DNA of 62,539 nucleotides, filler included, from Candidatus Babelota bacterium (GTDB lineage: Bacteria > JAGOBX01), in NCBI GenBank assembly GCA_017999075.1. It is 9 parts of 9 records of this genome, joined end to end, with 100 filler letters (N's around TTAATTAATTAA, not from the genome) between each part and the next. Parts side by side here need not be neighbours in the genome. Positions count along the whole stretch, not along the records: positions 21,007 to 27,876 come from JAGOBX010000192.1; positions 27,977 to 34,844 come from JAGOBX010000193.1; 7 more parts are not named here. One strand, given 5' to 3'. Shown here one piece after another: positions 22,068-32,400 of the stretch. Position 1 is the first letter of the stretch; the number at the start of each line of letters is the position of its first letter. The notes under the pieces were generated by a model, which had not been told where the DNA came from, did no database searches, and saw only the letters and a program-made list of their open reading frames with translations. A program made the position numbers and the translations under genes.

Positions 22068-23098
22068 TAAAATCTATAATCTGTTTTCCTCAATATTAGA
22101 ATATTGGCAATTGCAATAAAGACTCCAATTCCTTTTGATGTCATTAATACTAAATTTTGGAGGATTGCCGGAATAATATAAAAAAAACCGCATTCTTTCT
22201 TTATAAATTTTATAAAATGCAATTCATAAATCAGATATATAATTATAGAAACTTGTAAAAATTGAAAATATAAAAAATCAAAAGTGATAAAATATAATAT
22301 AAGAAATATAAATATAAAAAATAAAACTATTAACTTTTTTTTGTCATTTCCATCAACAAGATTACTCATCAATAACTTTTGTTTGGATGAAGCCGTAAAA
22401 AATATCATAGCATAATTAAATGAACGCCGTATAGTCAAAAAAAACGAATTAAAAACAGTCCGATAATTATGGGCAACATTAAATTTTCGATAAAAATATA
22501 TAGGGCTAAATTCCATAATGTTCAAAGCAGCTTCAAACTCTTCACCTCCGCAGCTTTTATAATGATGTTTTTTAAAATCATAACCTCCAGCTTTAAAAAA
22601 CAATTCTTTTGATATCATACTTGGACCGCCGCCAAAAGCACATATTATCATTCTGTCATTTTTTTTAAGATATAATTCTGTTATAGAATAATACCATTTC
22701 AACGCTAAAAATTTTGTAAAAAAATTAAAATTAATTGGATTTATAAAAAAATCTCCGCAAATAGCAGATTTTCCATTTTCTTTCAAATATTCATCAATCA
22801 TTTCATTTATCAAATTTTCACTCACCAAAGTATCTGAATCCAAAAATAATAATATGTTCCCTTTAGATTTTATCGCGCCGAAATGGCGCGAATACCCGGC
22901 GCCTTTTTTCATTTCATTTTCGAATGCAGTAATATTAAATTTTTCACATACTAACTTAGTTTTATCAGAACAATTATCTAAAACAACAATAACTTCAAAA
23001 GGCGTATTAATTTTATATTGAAATATTGATGTTAACAATTGTTCTAACTCTATTTCTCTATTATGAACAGGAATTATTATTGATAAAAAATTATCCAT
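22067..23098 (-). CDS. Glycosyltransferase family 2 with C-terminal membrane segments
   Basis: LSIIIPVHN; EVIVVLD; LFLDSD; hydrophobic C-terminus. Confidence 0.9.
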   Translation of the reverse strand: MDNFLSIIIPVHNREIELEQLLTSIFQYKINTPFEVIVVLDNCSDKTKLVCEKFNITAFENEMKKGAGYSRHFGAIKSKGNILLFLDSDTLVSENLINEMIDEYLKENGKSAICGDFFINPINFNFFTKFLALKWYYSITELYLKKNDRMIICAFGGGPSMISKELFFKAGGYDFKKHHYKSCGGEEFEAALNIMEFSPIYFYRKFNVAHNYRTVFNSFFLTIRRSFNYAMIFFTASSKQKLLMSNLVDGNDKKKLIVLFFIFIFLILYFITFDFLYFQFLQVSIIIYLIYELHFIKFIKKECGFFYIIPAILQNLVLMTSKGIGVFIAIANILILRKTDYRF

Positions 23099-23131
23099 AA
23101 AATTTTATAATATACAAACCAAATAATTTAT

Positions 23132-23659
23132 TCAGTAAATTAAATCTTTTACCCTCATTGTTCCATATTTATCAACATTTATTTCAACATAAAAATCTCC
23201 AGAACGCAACTTATTAAGTTTTTCCTTACGTTTTTCACTGAAATAATATTTTTCTATTCCATAAACAATATTTCCGGAATTTTTTAAATAGTATCCTTTT
23301 ACCCAAACCCCTCTGTCTGAATTGACGTTTGCAGGAAAATTGCAGTTATATTTTACTGAAGACGGTAAATATATAAATCGTTGGACATTATTGACTACAA
23401 TTTTTTCTACAGGTTCAAGATAAACAAAAACATCCGTAGAATAATTAGTCATATCTTCTTTTTTGAATCCCGGAATATTTACAGGATTGCTTAATGCATA
23501 ATTTAATGTCATATAATGTCCGGAAATCAAATCGCGAGGATCAACCGGCAGAGTCTTTAATAAAATAATTTCAGGTTTATATAACCTGTATTCTTCAATT
23601 CCTGCCCATCCTATAAAAAATATTATATGAATCAATAAAACAAATCTAACTTTTTTCAT
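23132..23659 (-). CDS. GDYXXLXY-domain protein
   Basis: PVDPRDLISGHYMTLNY; YGIEKYY; typical pairing with a DUF2157 protein. Confidence 0.8.
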   Translation of the reverse strand: MKKVRFVLLIHIIFFIGWAGIEEYRLYKPEIILLKTLPVDPRDLISGHYMTLNYALSNPVNIPGFKKEDMTNYSTDVFVYLEPVEKIVVNNVQRFIYLPSSVKYNCNFPANVNSDRGVWVKGYYLKNSGNIVYGIEKYYFSEKRKEKLNKLRSGDFYVEINVDKYGTMRVKDLIY

Positions 23660-23660
23660 T

Positions 23661-25076
23661 TTATTTTTTTTGCATTTTACTTATCAAAAATTGTCTGCCG
23701 CGGTTCATAAAATAAGCGGCAATTATAAATAATATTCCTATAATAATAAATGCTATACCGCTGTCAAGTAATGTGCCAAAATAATCAATAAATCTTGTCA
23801 GCATTATTATTCCTATAAAAAGAACTCCTGTATTTATTTGATTATGATTTCCTTTATTAACCCCTTCATACATCAGCCTGAAGCAAACAAATAAAAACAA
23901 AAAATTTGCAACCAAAGCAATAATTTTCAAATTTGGTTTCATATAAAGTATTAAACTCAACAGCACAGGCATAAACAATAAGCATCTTAATATTTTATTA
24001 TTTTTCTCTTTTTGATAATCGTTATATTTATCTGAAATATATAAAATAATTATTCCCGCCAATAATAATATTATTCTATATATAAAAGAAATATGTAAAA
24101 TTTCAATTTTATCATTGCCGTGGTATCGGATATTCCATAGAAATGTAAACGCATATAATACAGCATTTAAAAAAATATAGTTTGAAATATATACATTTTC
24201 ATTTTCTTCATGACAATAAATTGGATTCACTGACGTGTAAAAAATCAACAAAACAGAACTCAAAAAAAACAAAGATTCCATTGAAAAAGATGCAAATATA
24301 CTTCCATAAGTCACTGCACCTAACATCCATAAATAAATTATAAGGAATATTAAAATTTTTTTTCTGATCTGCGGAGAAAGAAATTTTATTCCCTGATAAA
24401 AAATATTCAACCATAAAACAAAAATTATGCAAATCGAACCAAAATAATTTTTAAAAAATTCGGAAACAGAACCATTCCACACTCTTCCATAATGAAAATC
24501 CATTCTATAATTCAATGAAATTATAGAATATTTTTCAAAACTCCCGACAAATACTGAAATTATAAGACCTGCAGTATGAAGAAATATCAAAGGTTTATTT
24601 TTAGATAAATAAACAAAAGGCAAAGTTAATATTAACCATACAATCATTGGTTTAAACGAATCACCAGACAATTGATAAATTTGACCATACAATCCTATTC
24701 CTGCTAAAGGTAGAAAAAACCAAATTGTTTCAAACGTTTTTTTCAAAATAATATTTTTTTCGCTAAAAAATAATGATAATTCGCATGAACCTGCAATTAT
24801 AATTAAAAATCCCGCTATTTTATAAAAACGAGGGATTTCTTCCCAGTTGAATGATATTACAAGTATGATCCCTAATGCTACAAATAATCCGCCTAAAACA
24901 GACAACAAAGTCAATGCTTTAAATTTAAATTTAGGAGATATATTGTTTTCAAACTCTAAAATTCTGCTAACCTGCTCCGTAGATAGGAATCCGTTTATTT
25001 CCCATTCATTAATTTTGGATTTTATAAAATTTTGTTTATTAAAAAACATAATCAATTCCGTATGTATGTACTTCAA
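23661..25076 (-). CDS. DUF2157-like multi-pass membrane protein
   Basis: W...GFLS; LGIILVISFNW; GQIYQL; many transmembrane helices. Confidence 0.75.
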   Translation of the reverse strand: MKYIHTELIMFFNKQNFIKSKINEWEINGFLSTEQVSRILEFENNISPKFKFKALTLLSVLGGLFVALGIILVISFNWEEIPRFYKIAGFLIIIAGSCELSLFFSEKNIILKKTFETIWFFLPLAGIGLYGQIYQLSGDSFKPMIVWLILTLPFVYLSKNKPLIFLHTAGLIISVFVGSFEKYSIISLNYRMDFHYGRVWNGSVSEFFKNYFGSICIIFVLWLNIFYQGIKFLSPQIRKKILIFLIIYLWMLGAVTYGSIFASFSMESLFFLSSVLLIFYTSVNPIYCHEENENVYISNYIFLNAVLYAFTFLWNIRYHGNDKIEILHISFIYRIILLLAGIIILYISDKYNDYQKEKNNKILRCLLFMPVLLSLILYMKPNLKIIALVANFLFLFVCFRLMYEGVNKGNHNQINTGVLFIGIIMLTRFIDYFGTLLDSGIAFIIIGILFIIAAYFMNRGRQFLISKMQKK

Positions 25077-25087
25077 ATATTATAAAA

Positions 25088-26851
25088 TTATTTTTTATTC
25101 TGATTTTTTTCTATTTTAGCCCAGCTGTCACGCAAAGCTACTATTCTATTAAAAACAATATTATTTTCAGAAAAATCTATTCTGTCAATACAAAAATAAC
25201 CTTGTCTTAAAAATTGAAATCTGTCGTCTATCCCTGCATTTTTCAAAGATGATTCAAGTTTACATCCCTTCAAAATTTCAAGAGAATCAGGGTTCAAATT
25301 AGATTTAAAATCTTCGTTTTCACCAACATCCTCAGGAATTGCATTTTTAAAAAGATTACTATATAACCGTATCTCAGCTTCTATGCAATGTTCTGCAGAA
25401 ACCCAATGAGATGTCCCCAATACTTTCCTGCCGTCTTTTGACCAACCGCCTTTTGTTTCAGGATCATAAGTACAATGAATTTCTATTATATTCCCAAAAT
25501 TATCTTTAATAACATTTTCGCATTTTATGTAATATGCATATTTCAATCGTATTTCTTTACCCGGAGATAATCTGAAATATTTTTTCGGTGGGTCTTCCCT
25601 GAAATCATCCTGTTCAATATAAATTATTTTCGAAAATGGAAGCTGCCTTTTACCCATATCAGGATTCTCAGGATTATTTTCAGCTTCAACAAATTCAACT
25701 TTATCTTCAGGGTAATTAGTTATAACTATTTTGAGCGGACGGAGAACAGCCATAGCACGAACAGCTTTCATATTCAAATCTTCTCTTATACAATATTCCA
25801 GCAAAGCAATATCCACAATGCTGTTTGCCTTAGCCACTCCTATCCGTTCACAAAAATTCCATATTGAAGACGGCGTATACCCTCTTCTTCTAAGTCCAGC
25901 AATAGTTGGCATTCTCGGATCATCCCAACCGCTTACATATTTTTCTTCAACAAGCTGAAGCAATTTTCGTTTACTCATAACAGTAAAACTTAAATTCAAC
26001 CTGGCAAATTCTATTTGGCTCGGGCATTCTTTAAAATTCAATGCCTGTAAAACCCAATCGTATAAAGGTCTGTGATCTTCAAATTCCAAAGTGCATATAG
26101 AATGAGTTATTTTTTCAATATAATCTTCCAATGGATGAGCATAATCATACATTGGATATATCACCCATTTATCACCTGTTTTATAATGTGATTCAAATCT
26201 TATTCTATATAATATCGGATCACGCATATTCATGTTTGGAGATGACATGTCAATTTTCGCCCGCAACACACATTCGCCTTCTTTAAATTTCCCGGCAGCC
26301 ATTTGCCTGAATAATTCAAGATTTTCATCAACTGTTCTATTTCTGTAAGGACTTTCTTTCCCAGGTTTGGTCAATGTTCCTCTATATTCTTTTATTTCTT
26401 CATTTGACAAATTACATACATAAGCTTTGCCAAGTTTTATTAATTCTTCCGCATATTCATAAAATTTATCAAAATAATCAGCCGCGAAATACAAATGTTT
26501 TCCCCAATCAAACCCAAGCCATTTCACATCATTTTTAATTGATTCCACATATTCAATATCTTCTGTGGTTGGATTTGTATCATCGAATCTCAAATGACAA
26601 ACGCCTTTGTATTTTAACGCAGTTCCAAAATTCAAGCATATAGATTTTGCATGACCTATGTGAAGGTATCCGTTTGGCTCAGGAGGAAACCTTGTTTCAA
26701 CTCTTCCGCAATATTTATCATTTTTTATATCAGAATCAATAATATCATGAATAAAATTTGATTGAGATTTAACTTCGGAATCAGATACAGATTTGCCTGA
26801 TTCTGAATAACACGATTCTAATTTTTCAATATTTTCCATAAAAAACTCCAA
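25088..26851 (-). CDS. glnS: Glutamine--tRNA ligase
   Basis: [47 protein letters not shown]. Confidence 0.97.
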   Translation of the reverse strand: MEFFMENIEKLESCYSESGKSVSDSEVKSQSNFIHDIIDSDIKNDKYCGRVETRFPPEPNGYLHIGHAKSICLNFGTALKYKGVCHLRFDDTNPTTEDIEYVESIKNDVKWLGFDWGKHLYFAADYFDKFYEYAEELIKLGKAYVCNLSNEEIKEYRGTLTKPGKESPYRNRTVDENLELFRQMAAGKFKEGECVLRAKIDMSSPNMNMRDPILYRIRFESHYKTGDKWVIYPMYDYAHPLEDYIEKITHSICTLEFEDHRPLYDWVLQALNFKECPSQIEFARLNLSFTVMSKRKLLQLVEEKYVSGWDDPRMPTIAGLRRRGYTPSSIWNFCERIGVAKANSIVDIALLEYCIREDLNMKAVRAMAVLRPLKIVITNYPEDKVEFVEAENNPENPDMGKRQLPFSKIIYIEQDDFREDPPKKYFRLSPGKEIRLKYAYYIKCENVIKDNFGNIIEIHCTYDPETKGGWSKDGRKVLGTSHWVSAEHCIEAEIRLYSNLFKNAIPEDVGENEDFKSNLNPDSLEILKGCKLESSLKNAGIDDRFQFLRQGYFCIDRIDFSENNIVFNRIVALRDSWAKIEKNQNKK

Positions 26852-27022
26852 TTACATCATAACTGTTTCATCCGAAAAACACACCAGAAAAATATTTTAT
26901 TCAATTTTTCAGGTTAAATAATATGACAAGATTTTTTAAAAGTATAATTAACATCTGAATTTTTATCAATATAAAAAATTATATTTATTTATTTTTTTTA
27001 TTTAGTATAATATAAGTTTATT

Positions 27023-27790
27023 ATGAAAGATTTAATTATATCAGGAAAAAAATTTTCATCCAGGTTATTTGTTGGAACCGGAAAATTCTCAAATTCAAAA
27101 CAAATGGCTGAAGCTATAGCCGAATCAGGAACACAACTTGTTACTGTTGCATTAAAAAGAATCGATCTTGATAATATTGAAAATGACGATATTTTATCGC
27201 ATATCGACAAATCAAAAATTTTAATTGTCCCAAACACTTCAGGCGCCAGGACCGCTGCAGAAGCTGTTCAAGCCGGAAAATATATAAAATCAGCAGGATT
27301 CAATTGGATTAAATTAGAAATTCATCCTGATCCTTATTACCTTTTACCTGACCCTGTAGAAACTTTTATTGCAGCGGAAAAACTTGTAAACCTCGGTTTC
27401 ATTGTTTTGCCATATATAAACGCTGACCCTGTCCTATGTAAACGACTTGAAGATATAGGTTGCCAGGCTGTAATGCCTCTTGGTTCACCTATAGGCTCAA
27501 ATCAGGGTTTACGTACAAAAACAATGTTAAAAATAATTATTGAACAATCAAATGTTCCTGTAATTATTGATGCAGGAATAGGAAAACCTTCTGATGCGGC
27601 ATCTGCAATAGAAATTGGAGCAGACGCTGTTTTAGTTAATACTGCAATCGCTGCCGCTGGAAATCCTGTATCTATGGCTAAAGCTTTTAAATTATCTGTA
27701 GAATCAGCGGTATTATATAAAAATTCCGAATCAGATGAAATAAGAAACTCCGCTTCAGCAAGTTCGCCTGACACAAATTATATTTTTTAA
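27023..27790 (+). CDS. thiG: Thiazole synthase
   Basis: [37 protein letters not shown]. Confidence 0.96.
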   Translation: MKDLIISGKKFSSRLFVGTGKFSNSKQMAEAIAESGTQLVTVALKRIDLDNIENDDILSHIDKSKILIVPNTSGARTAAEAVQAGKYIKSAGFNWIKLEIHPDPYYLLPDPVETFIAAEKLVNLGFIVLPYINADPVLCKRLEDIGCQAVMPLGSPIGSNQGLRTKTMLKIIIEQSNVPVIIDAGIGKPSDAASAIEIGADAVLVNTAIAAAGNPVSMAKAFKLSVESAVLYKNSESDEIRNSASASSPDTNYIF

Positions 27791-27976
27791 CTAATTAATC
27801 TTATGAAACTTAAATCTTTTGAATGAATTTTAATAATATATCAAATTATTGTATTGATAATTGCAGTATCTTATAGNNNNNNNNNNNNNNNNNNNNNNNN
27901 NNNNNNNNNNNNNNNNNNNNTTAATTAATTAANNNNNNNNNNNNNNNNNNNNNNNNNNNNNNNNNNNNNNNNNNNN

Positions 27977-28173
27977 ATAATTTTATCAAATAGTACTTTT
28001 ATATTTTTAAAATCCAGCGTATAATTTTTTTTTAAGGCTAGTTTTGTCTTGTATTGAGTTTTATGAATTTTATTGTTTATCCAAATATTATAGCAATAAC
28101 AGCAGTTATGATTACAATCATCTGTAATTTCAAAAATGAAGTAAGGATTATTCATACAATAAATATAATACAA
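27977..28173 (-). CDS. Radical SAM protein, N-terminal fragment
   Basis: FEITDDCNHNCCYCYN (CxxxCxxC); truncated by contig end. Confidence 0.75.
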
Positions 28174-28192
28174 TCATAAACAAAAAATAAGA

Positions 28193-29137
28193 TTATTTTA
28201 ATAAATCTTTGATTAGAATATTTATATTCGGCAGGTTTTTAAATAATATTTGGATTTCTTGTTCGGTTTTAATAAACCTTTTATTTATATCATCTATTTC
28301 TTCTTGAGATAATTGTGTTTTCCGTTTATAATTTAAGATTTGTTTTTTATATTTTTCAAGACTGTTAAATATATTTGAGTCTGTTTCTATATCGTTGAAT
28401 ATAGCTTGGTTCAAATATAAATAACCAACCTTCTTGAAATTTTCTATTAAAAAATAGTTTTTAATTTCTTTAAAAATCGGAACCAAACTGCTTTTAAAAT
28501 CAGTTTCATCTAAAATTCCGTTTTTTTTTAATTCAATAATCTTGTCTATTTTCAGTTCGAGATTTTGAAGGGAGTCGATACTTTTTAAAAGCAATGATTC
28601 TGATGTAACCATCATTCTTGTGTAATATAATGGAGTATACCCTTCTTTTATATAAGCTAATCTGCTTTTGCATATTTTAGACAAAATTTCAAATTCATCA
28701 TCAGAAATAAGGGGAATCGGGTTTTTGTTTGATTTTAATTTTTCTAAAGATATTGCAAGGATTTTATTTAATTTATTATATTCAGTATCGTCAATTGATT
28801 TGTAATAGGCGGAATTTCCATTATCCGGAAATTTATGGAAAACATTTTCAGTATCTGAAGATTTTTTTGAATTAAAATTTTTAACAGGTTCAATGAGATC
28901 AATTTTTTTCCAGATATTTTTAAACAGGTTCCATTCTTCACTTGATTTTAAAATTTCAAGTCTTGATTGATGCTGTAATACAATTGAATCAATGTCGGTT
29001 ATACTTTTATTTTTTTCAATATCTTTTTTTGAGGGTGAAGCTTCAGCTTTATTTTCAGCAAATGGAAACAGTGTATGGAAGAGTGAATTCCATATAAACA
29101 TTACGGCTGCAGTTAAATAATATATATTCTTTTTCAT
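28193..29137 (-). CDS. Hypothetical exported helical protein
   Basis: 314-aa ORF with N-terminal signal-like segment; no recognised family. Confidence 0.7.
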   Translation of the reverse strand: MKKNIYYLTAAVMFIWNSLFHTLFPFAENKAEASPSKKDIEKNKSITDIDSIVLQHQSRLEILKSSEEWNLFKNIWKKIDLIEPVKNFNSKKSSDTENVFHKFPDNGNSAYYKSIDDTEYNKLNKILAISLEKLKSNKNPIPLISDDEFEILSKICKSRLAYIKEGYTPLYYTRMMVTSESLLLKSIDSLQNLELKIDKIIELKKNGILDETDFKSSLVPIFKEIKNYFLIENFKKVGYLYLNQAIFNDIETDSNIFNSLEKYKKQILNYKRKTQLSQEEIDDINKRFIKTEQEIQILFKNLPNINILIKDLLK

Positions 29138-29265
29138 AACTTTAACCTTATTTAAAATGAATAATAATTATTATTATTTTACATAATATTTTAAATAAGT
29201 CTAATAAAAAATGAAAAATAATACTTTGAAAAACAAAATGATAAAATATATAATCGGCATTTTAT

Positions 29266-29292
29266 TTAAGTTTTACAATATTTTGCCGATAT
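29266..29292 (+). promoter_or_regulatory. Sigma28 (FliA)-type promoter of the flagellin gene
   Basis: TTAAGTTT-N11-GCCGATAT versus consensus TAAAGTTT-N11-GCCGATAA. Confidence 0.8.
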
Positions 29293-29308
29293 AAATAGAT
29301 AAGTATTA

Positions 29309-29344
29309 TTACAAGGATGTAATTTAATTTATGCAGGGATGTAA
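29309..29344 (+). promoter_or_regulatory. Two CsrA/RsmA-like binding sites in the flagellin 5' leader
   Basis: TTACAAGGATGTAA (hairpin with GGA in the loop) and ATGCAGGGATGTAA match the CAnGGAUG consensus. Confidence 0.7.
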
Positions 29345-29406
29345 TTTATTTAAGCTTTTATACTTTTCTTTTGTTATATTAAATCCATGTTGTTCGAATA
29401 GAAAAA

Positions 29407-32400
29407 ATGCAGATTTATAATCCTGTAACGCATTATTCTGTTCGTCAATTGGAAAAATTTAACATTTTTTCTAATAAATCGCTTGAGAAACTTTCTGCTG
29501 GATACAGAATAAACAGAGCATCTGATGATGCTGCTGGACTTGCAATATCAGAAAAGTTAAGGACGCAGGTAAATGGATTGTCTCAAGCTGAAAAAAATAT
29601 ACTTGATGGAATATCTCTTGTACAAACTGCGGAATCCGCGTATTCTGAAATTACCGATATTTTACAAAGAGTCAGAACTCTTGCAGTCCAGACTTCTAAT
29701 GATACTTTAACTGATGAAGACAGGGAATTGGTTCAATTAGAAGTGGCGCAATTGTTGTCTGAAATTGACCGTTATGAAACTGCGGTAGAATTCAATAATA
29801 TAAAATTACTTCAAGGGACAGTTGAAACCAATGATAATGAATTGAGTTTGCTGCAGCAGTATTTGAATGATAATTGGATTGCCGTAGGTCAGCAGATGGC
29901 GAATATGATTTATGATATGAGCGGAAATGTCGGAGGACCGCTTGAAGTGATTCTTGACGCAGGCGCGGCTGGAGGGACGCTGGCTTATGTGGCTACCTGG
30001 ACTTCAGGAAATAATGTTGTGAAACAGGAATTACATATTGAACTTGCGGATTTTCAGCCGGTAACTTTACCAAACGGCGGAAGCAGTCCGACATTTTATA
30101 ATGATAGAATAATCCTGCACGAAATGATACACGCCACCCATGCATGGCATTCTGACGGAGTTTATAGTTTTAATACAGATGTGCCGACCTGGTTCAAAGA
30201 AGCTGCAGCCGAATATTCTCACGGAGCGAATGACAGGGTTTTATACGATGGAGGAATGACAGCTGGCGGGGCAGCGTCTATCAGAACTGTGGATTTGTCG
30301 AATTGGGGAGGAACTTCAAAATATTATTCTGCTGCATACGAAGCTGCAATGTATATGAACAGAACTTACGGAAATGGAGCAGGAGATACAGACGGAGATG
30401 GAAGTGTTCTGGATCAAGTATTTAAAGAAATGGAAACCGGGAATTCTTTTGATTCTGCTTTAGATTATATTGATGACGGAGTAATTAATGCGAGTTTGAA
30501 TGAATCGGGTTTTTTAAACGATTTTTCTAATGATGTTGGTTATGATGCGCAGATTCAGGCAGATGCATCATTTTTTTATAACGGCGGCGGGTTTAATGGA
30601 GGCACAGGCGGGTATTGGGCGATTGACGGTGGTATTGGCGGCGGCGGAAAAACAGCAGAAGACACGGTTGATGATTTGCCCGGAGATGTTCTTGGCGGGT
30701 ATACTTTAACTTTTACTAATTTCGATACGAGTTCGTCGTCTTTAAATGAAGCGCTTAATTTTCAGGTTGGAGCTAACAGAGGCGAAAAAATAATTATATC
30801 TTTAAATCAAATAAATACTCAGTCGCTTGGAATAAATAATTTGAATTTGTCTACAAGAGCGAGTTCTGAATCAGCAATAGATCTGATTGATTCGGCAATA
30901 GCTCAAATGTCAGGATATCGTTCTGATTTGGGGGCAAAACAAAACCGGCTTGAACATATTTATAATTTTGCGAGGATAAATATAGAGAATCAGTCTGCAT
31001 CAGAATCAAGAATACGGGATACTGATTTTGCTGCTGAAATGGTTGAATATACGAAAAATAATGTTATGATTCAGGCTGCGCAGAATACTGTTTCAAAAGC
31101 AAATCAAATACAGTATTCTAACGCTATGTCTGCAATCAATGGTACTGAAGGACTTGAAATATCAAATCAGAAAAATTCAGAAAGGATGCTGAATAATGCA
31201 AAAAAAAGCGCTGCTGCTGTTAATGCGGATATGGAAAAATTATCTTCAGGCAAGAGAATAAACAGGGCGGCTGACGATGCAGCAGGACTTGCCATATCAG
31301 AAAAATTTTTAACTCAGATCAATGGCTTGGATCAGGCAAACAGGAATGTTAAAGATGGAATATCGTTATTGCAGATTACGGACGGGGCGCTTGAAGAAGT
31401 AAAATCTTTACTGCAAAGAATTAATGTTTTATCTGTTCAGGCTGCCAACGATACTTTAACCAATGAAGATAGAAACCATCTTCAGTTGGAAATAGATCAG
31501 CTTTTAAATGAAATAGACAGAGTAACCAGCTCTGCTGATTTTAATGGGATAAATCTTCTTCGTCAGGCAAGCGGTTTAGGTCAGACAACTCCGATAGTAT
31601 TAACTTATTTGTCATCATTGTTGAATATATCTAGGCCTGGAGTGAATTCGAACCTTCGCGGATACGGACCCACAATATACGGCGATAGTTCTAAAATGAT
31701 AGTATGTTTCGGTAATAATCCAGGAAGTGAAGTTAATGTTTTCAGGCTTGATATTGACGGGAGTAATCCTGTTCAGTTAACTAATCTGGCAGGAGCCGAA
31801 TACGATCCTTCTTTAAATAGTTCGGCATCCAGTGTTTTATATAATTACACATCAAATGGATTAATTAATACCTATGATTTATATATTACTGATACAGTAG
31901 GCACTATGGTCAACACTCAGATAGCTCCCTCAGCTTTTTTTGACGGATACGCAAGCTGGAATACCGCATCGGACAGTGAAATTTCTTTTATAAGTAATAG
32001 AAACGGTTCTTTTAATCTTTATAAGGTTGATTATGGCGCAGATGTTGCTTTCGGTAGTGGAGATGATGTTGTTACACAGCTAACTGCAAATGTGAATCCG
32101 GCAGCAAATATGTTGTACAGCTCATTTTCGCCTGACGGAACAAAAATTGCTTTTATATCAGACATCGGCGGGTCATATCAGGTTTGGACGGTAAACAGCG
32201 ATGGCACAGGATTGACAGCATTAACCAACACCGTAGCAAATATCGTGGGAAGCGGTGGACCTAGTTGGTCGCCTGATGGATCAAAAATTCTTTATTCGGC
32301 ATCAGTAGCTGGAACAACAGAACTTTTTTATTCTAATTCTGATAACTCTGGTAGTTCTAAACAGGTAACTTATATAGGAGCGACTTCTTCAACAGGAGGA

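Noticed and set aside
29251-29258. GCCGATTA on the minus strand as a divergent sigma28 promoter
   Set aside because: No properly spaced -35 element.
31120-31235. Internal start codon making flagellin unit 2 a separate gene
   Set aside because: No stop ends unit 1 and no convincing ribosome-binding site precedes the in-frame Met codons. An internal start cannot be fully excluded.
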